A DNA stretch of 63,795 nucleotides, filler included, from Dirinaria sp. TL-2023a (Eukaryota): assembly GCA_051941275.1 (NCBI GenBank). It is 24 parts of 24 records of this genome, joined end to end, with 100 filler letters (N's around TTAATTAATTAA, not from the genome) between each part and the next. Parts side by side here need not be neighbours in the genome. Positions count along the whole stretch, not along the records: positions 26,891 to 29,450 come from JAVEBF010002256.1; positions 29,551 to 32,109 come from JAVEBF010002257.1; positions 32,210 to 34,764 come from JAVEBF010002258.1; positions 34,865 to 37,417 come from JAVEBF010002259.1; positions 37,518 to 40,068 come from JAVEBF010002260.1; 19 more parts are not named here. One strand, 5' to 3'. Position 1 is the stretch's first letter; every line of letters begins with the position of its first letter. The notes below the pieces were generated by a model. That model worked only from the letters and a program-made list of their open reading frames with translations, searched no databases and was not told the origin of the DNA. The translations under genes were made by a program, and so were the position numbers. Below are positions 26,891 through 39,241 of this stretch, piece by piece.

Positions 26891-27592
26891 CTCGGCCGAA
26901 GTGTACTAGACCAAGTCAGCGTACTCAATCAGAAGCGAAAACAGATATTCTACCATGGGCGTTTTAGCTGATGTACCGCTGCTTCCGCTCTGAGTTGCGG
27001 TATAGGTTTTCGAAAGACCAAAGTCGGCGAACAACACCCTCTTTCCTTTGATAAGTATGTTTTCGGGCTGGATGTCTCGATGCCGGATCATGGGGTCTTG
27101 GTGAATGTAATGCAAGGTGTTTGCCAGACATCCCATAATTCTTGGTAAGAATCTAGCCCTTGGGCCGCAGATTGCCTCCAAGTCATTCTTTCTCGTGCTC
27201 TCCGGCTCGGAGAGATAGTGCTTAAGGTCACAATGGGCAACCGGATGTGTGACAATAAAAAACCAATCCTGGTGAGTATAGCATCCTAAGACCCGAATAC
27301 AGTGATAGTGTTTCAGCGCACGAAGAATCTCCACTTCCTTGTGGAGTTCAACAGTGGTCTCTGGGCTGGGTTTATCCATCTCTTTGACCGCGACCTCCTC
27401 GTGTGTCTCTTTGCATTTCTTTTTATAGACGTTATTGCCAAGTTTTTTAACATGTTCCAAAGGCACGGCGTCGTCTGCTTCGCCAAATTGGAGATAGAAA
27501 CCGTCACCCTGTGTTGTCCATTGCGGTGGGGTGGCGGGCATGCGATCGCTCCAACGCTTCGTTCTCGTCGTAAGGAAAGCGACCTCCGACAT
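26891..27592 (-). CDS. Ser/Thr protein kinase-like protein, atypical, 3' truncated
   Basis: VAVK, alphaC EVEIL, HRDIQPENIL and DFGLSK motifs. An intron near 26906-26953 leads into YTSAE. The start codon is uncertain. Confidence 0.8.
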
Positions 27593-30516
27593 TGTAGTTT
27601 CGACCGGAGAGATCACAACAAGCTAAATCTGTTTGCAGGTCTAGCAACGACATATTTCGAGAGCTCAACCTCAGCATTTTATAAAGGACTCGTAGCATAG
27701 CCACTTTCCAGGCTACAAGAGACCGGTCAATGATGGGGAGAGCTCATTTCGGGCTTTGCCAACCGCTACCTTATCTAAGGTAGCCATTCAAATTGTAGAC
27801 AACCCCTGCATCACGATAACGTGTTGGTCGTACAAACGGACCTAGCTGTACATACATACCTTACGCTTGTCCAGTCACATTTAGCGGCATGCTACTTGGC
27901 CATGGATCCCTCGGCGGCCATGCACGTGCCGTGTGAAGTTGCGCCCCCGTTCATGTGGGGCACCTAGCAAGCACTTGCTGGTGCCTGTGCTTCAGTTGGA
28001 AGTGGCCAGCTGAATGACTCCGTAACACCCAGTGACTCGAGCCCAATCGTTGCTTTCCCCTTGTTTTGCAAAGTCCAGTTGAAGAGGCTCAACACGGTTC
28101 TATAGGTCAATTGCCTACAACTACCGCCACTATCACCTGCATGGCTTGTAGCTCCTTGTTCACCACGCAATTATACACTTACAGTTGCCCAATACCCCCA
28201 ATTCGTCACATGTTCTCACTTTGTAAAAAAAAAAGAGCTCAAGCGAGAACAGCGGCTCTGATACATTTTGAGATCATGCAAGTGTAAGATCGGGTGATCT
28301 TCCTTCTTGGCGGCTGTACGCCAACCTGGACATTAGACAAATAGCTGAACATATGCTCCAAAATTGAGTCATCAATATGGAGTTGCGCCAGGATTAGGAA
28401 ATGTGTAGGAGGCTATAAACCCCGGATGCGAACGCGTGCCAGGTTGAAAAAGGATGTGCTTGCCTTGGACGAACCGCGCCACAAAAGCTAAAGCCAAGAC
28501 ATCATAATCCTCTGTAAAAACGGCTGAGTTCTGGAAGCTCTCCATATCCCTGTGTCAGACCCTGGTCTGCTTTCCACGATGCTACGCTATCTGAGCCTAT
28601 GTGACCAGAAAGCTGGCTTTAGTGAGAATCCGTATGCAACACTACCCAACAGCCAGCCTTGCAAATCCTCCCTATAGGCTGACCCACCGTTTTAGGCACA
28701 CTGAATGTAAATGCGCCAGCACGGCTCACTTTGATTTACCTTGGGAAAAGACTGGTCTAAGCGACGCCGTACGAAGCGTTTGAAGATCAAACCGCCAGTA
28801 CAGAAGCAGCCGCCAGCTGAGCATTAGGCTCCCTTGCGAAAACATTCAAACATATGGGTTTTCCGAAGGATCAGTACCCCTGAGTCTTGCCAGCTCAAGC
28901 TAAATCTCGGTATAGGATACGCTGTGCAAACATTCCATGCACGCACATGAGGAAAATAAAAATCTGCCTGGGCTAATCGTCTCAGACCAGAAACGACCGA
29001 GGAGCGGGAATGCTATGCAAGCCAAAACTCGATGCTCCGCCTCTATCGGGAAGTGAGACGGTTGCATGCGAGAAAAATGAAAAGCGTCCTCGCATCATTT
29101 GGTTTCGTCTCTAATCCTTACTCTCGATCGACGAAAGGAAGCAACTCCGCCTCTCTCGCATGGACGCTGATAATGATTTCAAAAAGTTCGGAACCCACCT
29201 CTGGGTAACTTCCCCCTTCCCAGCCTTACCATTAAGCCGCAGTGTCGATGCCACGATTCTTTAATACTCAATAGAGACACGTACGAGGGTCCATCGCTGT
29301 CATACGCCGGGGGACATCGGTGGCTCGAACAGAGTTTGTCCTCTCCCGTTGGGGGGGTGAGAGATTTAATATTTCCTAATACGTCTTGGCGTCTTGGCAT
29401 TACAATACCCCTGGCAAGCATTCAGAGGCTCGGCAAAGCACAGTATCAACNNNNNNNNNNNNNNNNNNNNNNNNNNNNNNNNNNNNNNNNNNNNTTAATT
29501 AATTAANNNNNNNNNNNNNNNNNNNNNNNNNNNNNNNNNNNNNNNNNNNNGGGGGGAAGACAGCTTAAAGGCTGTGAACTTGAGTGACTCAACAATTGAA
29601 TGTGTTGAGTCGTTCGAATAAAACCTGTCGAGACAGAGAAGGACTGTATCAAGATCGAAAAGTGCTCGAAGCGTTTTCTAAAATTGTGTTCAGCGTCATA
29701 CGTCTAGTATTGCTATTCAATGCGTGCATTCGAAAAAGAAGTGAAGCTACTATATGATCAGCTTTTAGGGTGTAGCAAAGCCTGTCCGAAGATGCTAACC
29801 AGGGTCGTAGACACAAAAGCCAGTATCAAAGACCGTGATAAAACCAGCATCGAAATTCACAAGCCAGAGTAGACACATGTTGGTATTGAATCTCTTTCCT
29901 GCTAGGGAGAGAGACTAAGAATTGTGAGTTCACAATCTCTTCGATTTCCCCAATACCGGCTTAAAAGATAGCTACTCTAGAAGTTGCAGCGTCATGCCTG
30001 TCTTCAAGGTTCCCTTGCAGATTGTATGCGCGGAACAACACATCGTACCCGATCGACATGGTCTCAATTGTATTCAGAAACAATCTCAGAGAGGGGATTC
30101 GACATGACGGGGCCGCGTGCATTAAATAATATTGTTGATCGAATGAGCGTTTAGAGCACCCTCGCCATCAAATGGCAATATTCCAGCGTAGAAAAATAAC
30201 AGAAATCAATTGCTCAAAACCCACGCATTCCAAGAAAGTAGGGGATTCAAAAAAATTGTCAGTAGCCGGGTTGCATAATGCTTGAGATCATGCTGGCCTC
30301 TGTTCGTCCTATGATCATTTTTCAAGTCATTCTAAAATTAAAATTTGAAAAGTTCTGTCATAGAAGGAATAATTGCGGATCAAGAGGCTGAGCACGACTC
30401 AGTTGCAGTCTGAAAATTTACCCCACGTCCCCGAACCTTAATCGAGATCCTCTGTTCCAGCACTCTCTGATACACAAGAAAATCAACTTCTATACTCTAT
30501 TAGACAGCATCGCTAC

Positions 30517-31242
30517 ATGCCATCAGCAATGGCGCCAACCCGCGTTTGCGTCTTCTGCGGCTCCTCAACCGGCCGAACGCAAGATCATCTCAACGCAGCC
30601 CGCTCATTGGCACAGGCAATGCACGCTCATTCAATTCAACTTGTCTACGGTGGCGGCACCACAGGCATAATGGGCGAGCTGGCCGAAACACTCGTCGCAC
30701 TTAGTGGCAAGGAAAGCGTTCACGGCATCATTCCGTCATCTATGCTCAGTCTCGAGCGACCCAACAAAAGCGATCCTCAGAAACTTCCCAAGAATTGGAG
30801 ACGCCGAACAGGTCTTGGAAGTTCGAATAAGGGGAAAAAGGCCCAGCTATTGGATGAAAAGTATGGGCGAGTAACAGTAGTGAAGGACCTACAGGCGCGG
30901 AAGAAAATGATGACGGAGCTAATCATGGAAGGGGGAAAGGGCAGTGGATTTGTTGCATTAAGTGGGGGCTTTGGTACGCTGGACGAGGTGGTGGAAGCCG
31001 TATGTTGGAGGCAGATAGGAATTCATAAATGCGGAATTGTGTTCTTTAACGTGGACGGCTTTTGGGATGGCGTGGTCAGTTGGATAGATAGAGCTGTCAA
31101 CGACGGTTTCGTGAGGGAAAGGGGGAGGAACATAGTGAGAGACACGTGTGATGCAGACGATGCTATAAGATGGCTAAGACATGAAGAGAGCCATAGCAGA
31201 GACATAGGGAGGAAATGCGAAAAGAAAAAGACTGCGAGTTGA
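30517..31242 (+). CDS. LOG family (cytokinin riboside 5'-monophosphate phosphoribohydrolase-like)
   Basis: VCVFCGSS, LVYGGGTTGIMG, RKKMM, SGGFGTLDE (PGGxGTxE-like) and NVDGFWD motifs. Confidence 0.88.
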   Translation: MPSAMAPTRVCVFCGSSTGRTQDHLNAARSLAQAMHAHSIQLVYGGGTTGIMGELAETLVALSGKESVHGIIPSSMLSLERPNKSDPQKLPKNWRRRTGLGSSNKGKKAQLLDEKYGRVTVVKDLQARKKMMTELIMEGGKGSGFVALSGGFGTLDEVVEAVCWRQIGIHKCGIVFFNVDGFWDGVVSWIDRAVNDGFVRERGRNIVRDTCDADDAIRWLRHEESHSRDIGRKCEKKKTAS

Positions 31243-31619
31243 AGTCTAAAATGGTCAATAATCAACTTATTTTCAAATCTAGTCGAGTTAATTTACCATT
31301 TCAAGAGAAATTCGAAATGTATACAATGCCTGGATTCGTTTGAGCATCTATGATAATTCGCGTCGGATGCGAATGAAAAGGAAAATCCGAATTTGTAACA
31401 AGGTGCTCCGAACGAGTATGTGGTTCGCGCCATATGGGATGACATTTACCCCGAATGCAGAAAGTATCAAGCTTCGAACGAGGAGTTCTAGAATTACTTA
31501 ATTCGGATAAAAATTCCTTATTAAGTCTCTATATTTATTGAAAATTTCCACAACATCGTTTCAATCTATGTCGTTGTGAGGTGATACGATTGTGTGATAC
31601 GCAGTATAAGCAAGCTCAC

Positions 31620-31837
31620 TGTTACGAGCATGCACCTGGTATACTACCTGGGGCAACACCTCCCAGGGTTCTCAGGGGTAATGCGCTAACCCGATCGGGG
31701 TGTTTACCCCACACCCGCACACACGCATATATACCCGGGACCCCCTATTATATCTAGTTTTCGTTCTTCTTCCTTCCTTAGTGATAATATCTTAGTTAAC
31801 TATACCTGCATTGACTTGCTCTGCACCGGTCCTAACA
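31620..31837 (+). mobile_element. Short LTR (family C), TG...CA
   Basis: Starts TGTTACGAGC and ends CTGCACCGGTCCTAACA, the same termini as 60332-60580. It is a GC-rich island next to CC/GG-depleted DNA. Confidence 0.65.
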
Positions 31838-32109
31838 TCAGATTTGTTGATTTTAATCTTGTCATCGTCGTTATGTTCATTGTTGATTGAGTCGCGAGAG
31901 ATTGTTGAGTCGATGATGTTTGAAACAGAGTTACGTTGTTCTGAGACAAATATTTTTAAAGATGTTCAATGTTGTTGCGTTTTTTATTATCAATTTAGAG
32001 TTTCAGGTGTCTAATATAAGATGCTAGAGTTTGATCTGTTCGAAGAGATTCAAGTCTTAGAACAACGAGTGTCAACGTGATAAAGTTATTGTGATACTTA
32101 CTTTATCAC
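31838..32109. repeat. Hypermutated repeat, copy of ~59305-59415
   Basis: 31975-32085 aligns by eye to 59305-59415, mostly with C>T and G>A changes. Confidence 0.7.
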
Positions 32110-32209
32110 NNNNNNNNNNNNNNNNNNNNNNNNNNNNNNNNNNNNNNNNNNNNTTAATTAATTAANNNNNNNNNNNNNNNNNNNNNNNNNNNNNNNNNNN
32201 NNNNNNNNN

Positions 32210-32829
32210 GTCGTATTGTTCGTTGGGAGGACTCAAGGTTCAGTATCCGTGAATACAGGTCTTGATTGTTCTGCACCAAATCTCGGACAAGGTTCGTAAG
32301 CGTCTCGACAGAAGTTGTAGCCTGGTCGACGGAGGCACTGTATTGAGGGACAGGTCAGCTCAGACGGAGTGGTATGTAATCTCGACCTGGCGAAGATGTA
32401 CCATGTCAGGGTTGTGAGCATTAAGTTTAAAGACTGCTTCGAAGAATTTAGGCGCAAACACAGCCTCGCCAATACGGGCTCCTTCTTCATCCACGCTATT
32501 CGACTACCAAGCCGTGTGGGTGTACCATCATTCAAGGACTCGACCGTCTCTTCGAGCTCCGAAAAGGTCATCACACAGGCTGTCAGTGTCACCACGACCT
32601 GCTCCACCATGATGAGAGCAGTGCGGGATCGTGAGCCAGCTCTTGTTCCTAGAAGGAAAGCCTGTAGTTGCGCCAGACAGGCGCTGATGTCGGATACCTC
32701 CTGTAGAACGTCATTGGCGAGTTTGGGGGCATCTTTTGTGCCCCGGACGAAGGTAGTCAAGACCGACGAGACCTTTGCGGTAGCTCCGAGCAGGCCCACA
32801 ACTGACGCTGCTACTGAGAGAGGATCCAT
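32210..32829 (-). CDS. Protein with fungal STAND N-terminal (HeLo-like/SesA-type) domain, 3' truncated
   Basis: MDPLSVAASVVGLL...APKLANDVLQEV...W..KE..L.RL...K.SL.LML pattern. Intron 32338-32401 keeps the frame open. Confidence 0.75.
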
Positions 32830-34908
32830 GTAGTGAGAGGAAGTGTTGGTGCATCCTCTTGTATCCGATAAGTAATTCAATTATTCTTCTTCAGCGCGGG
32901 CGGCGGACAACCTAACGTAGTCTGGGAGTTGCAGCCAGTCGTAGCAGGACTCTATTGGACATTGTAGAGGAGAAGGGTTGAGAACCGGGATAGCGCCCCT
33001 CATGCTCGGCATACTCGGAGGTCGCCTTGTAGCGATGACGGCAGCCTTGTCCAGCAGCCTTGTCCATGATTGTGAGCTACGAGTACCTTAGCTTTAATTG
33101 GAGTAGCGTTGCAGGCTTGCAGCGGGCAGAATGCAAAATGCAATTGGGATTGGTGGGGATTGAAGTCGTTGAGGCTGAGCAGTGCTTGTAAGATAACGAT
33201 CTCCAAAGCCGACAAAAAGTCTAAGGGTTAGGGTAGGGTTCGCCCGCCGACTTTGACCTGGGGGTATCTTCTACGAGTTCCAAAGGTGGTACACTTACCC
33301 CCTCGACATTAGCTACATATCTGATTACGAAATGCTCAAATAAGTAAGTGCTTGATGAATTGGAGGCCGAGCTTTGGGTTATATGGCTAGAGCAACGACT
33401 AGAATGGCTGTGCATGCTTAAGAATCGACAGACCTAAGAAGATGCAATGTGCAGCCGGATGCATTATTTGAGCACATAAAAGCTCCTGATTCGAATTGAT
33501 AGACGCTGGAAGTGTCGGACTACGATCACCTCTTTAAGCCTGACTCTCACTTGAATCTATGCTCATTATGCTGGAGCTGTTCCAATTCACGCGCGATCTA
33601 TGTGCGATTCGGAATTATTTTTTTCTATAGACTCATTCCTTCTCTTTTCTCTTATTTTTCCGATCAAGAAACACAGGTTCAATGTTGCAATTGACGAACC
33701 GATGAAACTGCTTCCTTGGCGTGGAGTAAAGACGAAACCAATGCAAGAATGGGCAAAATCTAAGCAATAGTCATGACTAGTCGAATGGATCACTCTAGCA
33801 TCAAGAAAGTAGAAATGGAACGAAATAACCATTGACGCGTCCAGTCTATCAGAAACAAGCTCGATGAATATCTTACTACGACAAATCGAGACGATTTTTA
33901 AGAGGAAAGCAAGATTGAGAATAAGTCCACAAGATTCGACTTATAGAAATATCAAGCGCTCGAACAATGCCGCGCTACGACAAACCTTTAACAAACTCGT
34001 CGTAAAAAATTTGAATCGAGAATGATGCGAAGCGTTCGCTCAGTATCGAATCGAAATACGTCCATGCGACAGCTCCTTATATTCGATAGAAAATATCGAG
34101 TCGCTAGTTAAGAAAAAGTTCGCACATTGAATCACTTCGTCCCTTTAGAAGACGACTTTTGGATTGCAGAATGCCTTCCAAATTCCCAACCCCCCCTCCT
34201 CTCTCACCAAGCAAATGCGAGCAAAGCGAGAACAAATTCTTCATTTCCCGCCCGTACTCGTACGTGAGAATCCAATGATTCCCTACCATACCACCAAAAT
34301 CAACCAACAAGAACGCCTTCTCGTCCTACAAACACTAGTCCAAAGACAAATATCTATCCACTTCACCTCTTCCTCCATCCTAGTCTCAATCCCCATTTTC
34401 CCTACTTCAGCACTAGGGCTTTCACCCCATCCATGCCGTCCCGAATAGTACCTTTTTCTCATACACCAATCTATGAGAATTAGATTAGGGACCAAGCATC
34501 TTCCCTCAGCGAAGGAGCATTTCAAGAGAAAAAAATTCATTAATCCATGCAACGGCCTAAGTAAAAGGACGGCTTTAGGAATCATATCATAGACCAAGAG
34601 ATACAGAGCTGAAAGATTGGAAAGATTAATATATGGAAGTACATATGGGTAAGAAAGGAAGGAGTCGAGGGCGATGGAGGATATGAGATGCGATTTGTCC
34701 GCGTTATTATTGTTTTTTGGTCGGGGTTGGAGGAGAGGGCGGTCTGGGTTTTTTGGGGGGGTTTNNNNNNNNNNNNNNNNNNNNNNNNNNNNNNNNNNNN
34801 NNNNNNNNTTAATTAATTAANNNNNNNNNNNNNNNNNNNNNNNNNNNNNNNNNNNNNNNNNNNNGTTTGGTGCCAGGGGGAATGGCTAATGAGAATTTTG
34901 CTATCTAG

Positions 34909-35026
34909 GGACCGCGAATGGCAGAAATGGCCCGTTACCATCGTTACGGGGGTTTATATTGGATGGTTCCTGGGACGGTATGCGGGGGAGTACCTGTTCC
35001 GGGGGAAGAGGATCGAGTTCGATTGA
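34909..35026 (+). CDS. GPI11: Last exon of GPI biosynthesis protein Gpi11/PIG-F
   Basis: After the GCTAAT...TAG acceptor it reads DREWQKWPVTIVTGVYIGWFLG...RIEFD*, matching the PIG-F (W)DRxWQxWP motif. Confidence 0.75.
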
Positions 35027-35143
35027 AGAGGTATAACTACCCGATCTGTACGTTTGATGTGGGTCATAAATCGGTACCTGTGGAGAAAGAAGGTCGCGGG
35101 CCAGCAAGACTCAACCGCGTCTTGTTTTTGGTTTCTACCGCTG

Positions 35144-36474
35144 CTACCGTGCTTCGCCTTTCAACTCGACCGCTCGCCGGATTTGTTCGCCCGCTTTGCG
35201 GCCCCCACCAAACGACCAGCGAAATATGGCCCCGAAGACCATGATCATGAAATTGAACCACACAGCTAGCGCGAGCTGTAACCACGTCATAGACCCGAGC
35301 TTGCGATCGCCCTTCTCCCACGCATCGCAGACTTCAAGGAAGCGCTTCGGATCGTCGGTGATGACGCCGTCAACACCCTTGCTTATGCTCCACCGCATAA
35401 AGTATTCCTCGTTCACCGTCCACACATACAGCGGCCTCCTCTTCTCCTTCACATCCCTCATAAACTTGGAACCGCGGGGGCCCATGAGCGCCTTTTGCAG
35501 TATGTTGAAAGACATGTTGGGTACGTGGAGGAATTGCCGTGCGTAGGGGATCGAGAAGCCGATATTCGAGATCGCGTAGCTGGGGAGGTATTCGATGCAC
35601 AGCGGCAGGAATTTCGCAGCCCAGATCCCAAGAACGATGCGCTGACTCCAGGGTTTCGAGGGAGAGGGAGGGGCATTTTCTAGGGTGCTGCCAATGAGGC
35701 GCATGATGTCGGCGGCGTTGTTGGAGATTTTAATATCGAGCAAAAGCCATATGTGTTCCAGACCCGGTTGAGCGAGATAGTCGAGAAGGTCGCGCAGGCG
35801 AGGCATCGGTTCGTGCGGAGCTTCTTTGGTGCGCAGCGTGCTGATATAGGACCAGTCGCGGTCACGGATCCTTTCGTCGACGCCGAAACACCGGTTCAGT
35901 GACGGGTCCTTGTTTGTGGTATCGTGCGTTAGCGAAAAAAAAAAGAAAAAAAAAAAGGCTCGCCACTCAGAAAAAGGAGGATTCCTCATACATGGGACAA
36001 AACGACGACATCATCTCGCGACAGATGGACGTCCGTCTCCAGCGCGTGCGCGCCGATATCCACGGCCCCCTTGAACGCCGCGAGGGTGTTCTCGGGGTGT
36101 TTGGCTTTGTAGCCTCGATGCGCGATGGCCTGGGGCATGGTGTTTCCGCTTTTGCCCTTCTTCGCTCGCGTCCATGATGCTGTCGGCTTTCTTGTCAGCT
36201 ATCTCTCCCTTCCCCCACTTCTTCCTCTGTCCGACCCAAAAAGTGCGCCGTGGTAGTGGTGCACAAGGGAGGGTTAAAAGATGAGCGGATGGGGGGGGGC
36301 TTCTTCTGGGTTAAAAAAACGTAAGGTAATCTTACATGAGGGCGAAGTCACTACTTGTCGGTCGCCCAGCAAAGGCACCTCGGCCAATGTCTCGTAGACG
36401 TGTTCATGGATGACAAATGGTGGCAGCAGCGCTGGCGGAACGGTTCTTTGAAGGATCGGCTTCGCGATGTTCAT
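35144..36474 (-). CDS. PGC1: Glycerophosphodiester phosphodiesterase, Pgc1-like phospholipase C (multi-exon)
   Basis: The exon near 35990-36180 encodes [21 protein letters not shown]...[18 protein letters not shown]. Downstream are [19 protein letters not shown] and a C-terminal TM anchor. Confidence 0.82.
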
Positions 36475-37517
36475 ACTTCTTAATAATAATTAAAAATTAA
36501 ATCGTCCGGGGGGCGGAGTAGCAGTAGTCTGTGTAGGTAGTCTGTAGTAAGGTAGTGTGTAGGATGAATCCTACTTCCTGGCTAAGGTAGGTATTCAACT
36601 CGCTTGCTAAGGTACCTTATTACTACCTTGCTACTGTGCGGATGTATGACGATATCCGTAGGTAGGCGTATAAGCCGTTCCCCTCCCGCATCCCCCGATA
36701 TGTAGGTGGAATCTGGAATTTTTTGGTTTTTTTTTTTTTTTTTGGCAAAGCGCGGGACTGACTTGCAGATTTTACCTCACGCTTCGTTCGATGTTATATG
36801 TGTATGTGATTTGAGATACAGAAATTAAGCTTAAGCTTATTATTACCTGTTTCTGAGGTTGGTGGCGGGTCTGGGGGATGGGGAAGTAGTAAGACAAATA
36901 CTGTGCTTAGGATGGCTTGGTTTAAGGGAATCTTAGATAGGTAGGTACAGTAGTCCAAAAAGATGTAGTACGGTAATGTAGGTAGGGAAAAACATGGGAG
37001 GGCTGCGCTGGGCTGCAGCTTCGCTACCTTTACCTTACCTGGTGAGTGGTGGACTAAGGTAGCTAAGGTAAGATAGTGTAGGTATGAGGTGGCATGCAAG
37101 CGATATGAAACATTCCACAGTCCACACTTGATCTTAGGTAGGTAGACTAAGGTAAGGTAGTTCCTCTTCTAGCACTATGTAGTATGTATCTTACCTTATG
37201 TACCTTACTCCGTACCTCCCTCCCTCTCTCTTTCCCTCTCTTTTTTCTCTCGCATTATTATTGCCCACCCAGCATCCACACACCTACCTCACGCATGAAA
37301 ATTCGAACTTCTTGAAATATCGCCTATGTCTGGTGTGGACCCTGAGATCTAGATTCCCGTGCAACGCTTACAAGTGGAGGTCTGCTTACTCCATTCGGCA
37401 TGCCTTGTTACCAAAACNNNNNNNNNNNNNNNNNNNNNNNNNNNNNNNNNNNNNNNNNNNNTTAATTAATTAANNNNNNNNNNNNNNNNNNNNNNNNNNN
37501 NNNNNNNNNNNNNNNNN

Positions 37518-37625
37518 TTCTGTACTTATACTTCTTCTTCTTCTGATTCTTCCTTTTCTTCCTTATAGATAGTGTCCTAGTCTACTAGCACCCATATGCC
37601 ATTGAGCGCTGTGCAGGCCCTGACA
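37518..37625 (+). mobile_element. 3' part of LTR family B (contig edge)
   Basis: Ends GCTGTGCAGGCCCTGACA and is similar to 61606-61831 and to the reverse complement of 38994-39241. Confidence 0.7.
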
Positions 37626-38857
37626 TAGAAATGTCATCTCGTTTTATGAAAAGAAACAATACCGTGATTATAAAATAAAGACTCAGTTATCGAAAGCGTG
37701 AAACGTAATGTAAAGTCATGTTATTCGTTTTAAATGCTCAAACGATACTCTTTCGAATATGATTCATCATTTCATATTTTATTTAGAGATATTCAAAGAA
37801 TTTGCTGATCTTCGATGCTTCAAAATTAAGACACAGTCTCAGTACAGTCTTCAAATATGAAGCTCTTGTGCTTATCAAGAGAAATACATTGATCGAATTC
37901 GCGTATGACTCTGTTGAAGAGATGATGACTCTCATCGTTTTCAGTGACACGTCTCGCTTTTAACATTATGATCAAATCAGTATTCTGCGTATTCTGTAGC
38001 ATAAATATTGTATTTTCTGCAAATCGTATTTGATAGCATCGGGTGTTACTCTTTTGTACTTTTTTGAGCATAAGATAAAATTCTCATTTGCATTGAGGTT
38101 GAAAGAGATAAAATTTACAATAGACTAGCTCTATGACAAGATTGTATTATTGTAAATAAAAAAGCTTTTACGTTCAAATCAATGTAAGATTTATTAAGTC
38201 AGATCGATCTGAGTGTCTTCAGCACGTCGAGTCTTTCGTCTCACAGAAGGGAAGTATACATCTAAAGCACTTATCTTCATCAGTCAGTCATATTGCTACG
38301 AACGTCAAGATTTTGCAATTAGCCTCAATCGTAAGATTATGCATTTTTCAACTGCAAATCGATCACAACACATGCATTAGAGTAAAGCTTTCTCATGCTC
38401 AAATATGGTTTCGAAAAAGATTTCGAGACTATCTGAAATATTCGCGAGAAAAACATTAAATTTTCAAATCGACGTTGTGTCGTTTCGGAAGAGTAGTGTA
38501 ACGCTCGCAGAGAGAAGAATAATTTTAGCGACTCTCTTTAAAACACTATGTTCTCGACATTCTCATCATCAAAATTAATGTCTCAATATCTGAATAAAGC
38601 AGACTCTATCTCTGCTCGTGTTCGAAATCTTTCTTTTAACGCATTCTTCAGTTTCGCATAAAACTCTGTAACTGTTTCGTAAAATTTCAAATCGACTGCT
38701 TGAGTTTCTTTGTGATAAGTTAGCTTTTGCAGCAGATAGTCGTTCGTTCGTGTGAGCTCTTCAATACGTTTCTTTGAAGAACGAGAATGATGACGTTTTA
38801 ATATTTGAAGTTGATGAGATAGTTGCTCGTAGATAGATGTCGTTTTATCGTTTCTCG
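37626..38857 (-). pseudogene. Hypermutated multi-copy gene relic of unknown family
   Basis: CC/GG-depleted DNA with a residual coiled-coil frame EQLSHQLQILKRHH...RIEELTRTNDYLLQKL (38583-38857). Confidence 0.45.
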
Positions 38858-38989
38858 TGTCAAAGACCCAACCTTGGTTAGATAGGTTTCCCAATGGTAA
38901 AAGTCCCGGCACGGCCAAAAGACTAACTAAACCAAGTCAAAGGACTTGGTGCCTATCTTACTACTTGGTTAGTTTCCAGGGTCGTAACA
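38858..38989 (-). mobile_element. LTR family A copy (~130 bp)
   Basis: Reverse complement of the 39611 and 39939 repeats, with termini TGTTACGACC...TTTGACA. Confidence 0.85.
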
Positions 38990-38993
38990 CTAA

Positions 38994-39241
38994 TGTCAAG
39001 GCCTGCACAGCGAACATAGCATGTGGGTAATACTAGACTAGGATACTAACTATAAGGAAGAAAAGAAGAAGGAAAAGAAGAAGGAAAAGTATAAGTACAG
39101 GAGGTGCAAGCAACAAATAGGGGATCGGGTGTGCGGGTAACGGGTCTACGGATAACGCCTATAAGAATATAGTGCAAAACTCCTTAATATTAGAAGTCTC
39201 CAGGGTCCACACATAGGTGCTTCCAGGGCAGGTTCATGACA
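38994..39241 (-). mobile_element. LTR family B copy (~248 bp)
   Basis: TGTCATGAACCTG...GCAGGCCTTGACA on the minus strand, homologous to 61606-61831. Confidence 0.75.

Noticed and set aside
33680..34140. CC/GG-poor stretch, possible TE relic
   Set aside because: The composition suggests a mutated repeat, but no diagnostic motif or second copy is visible.
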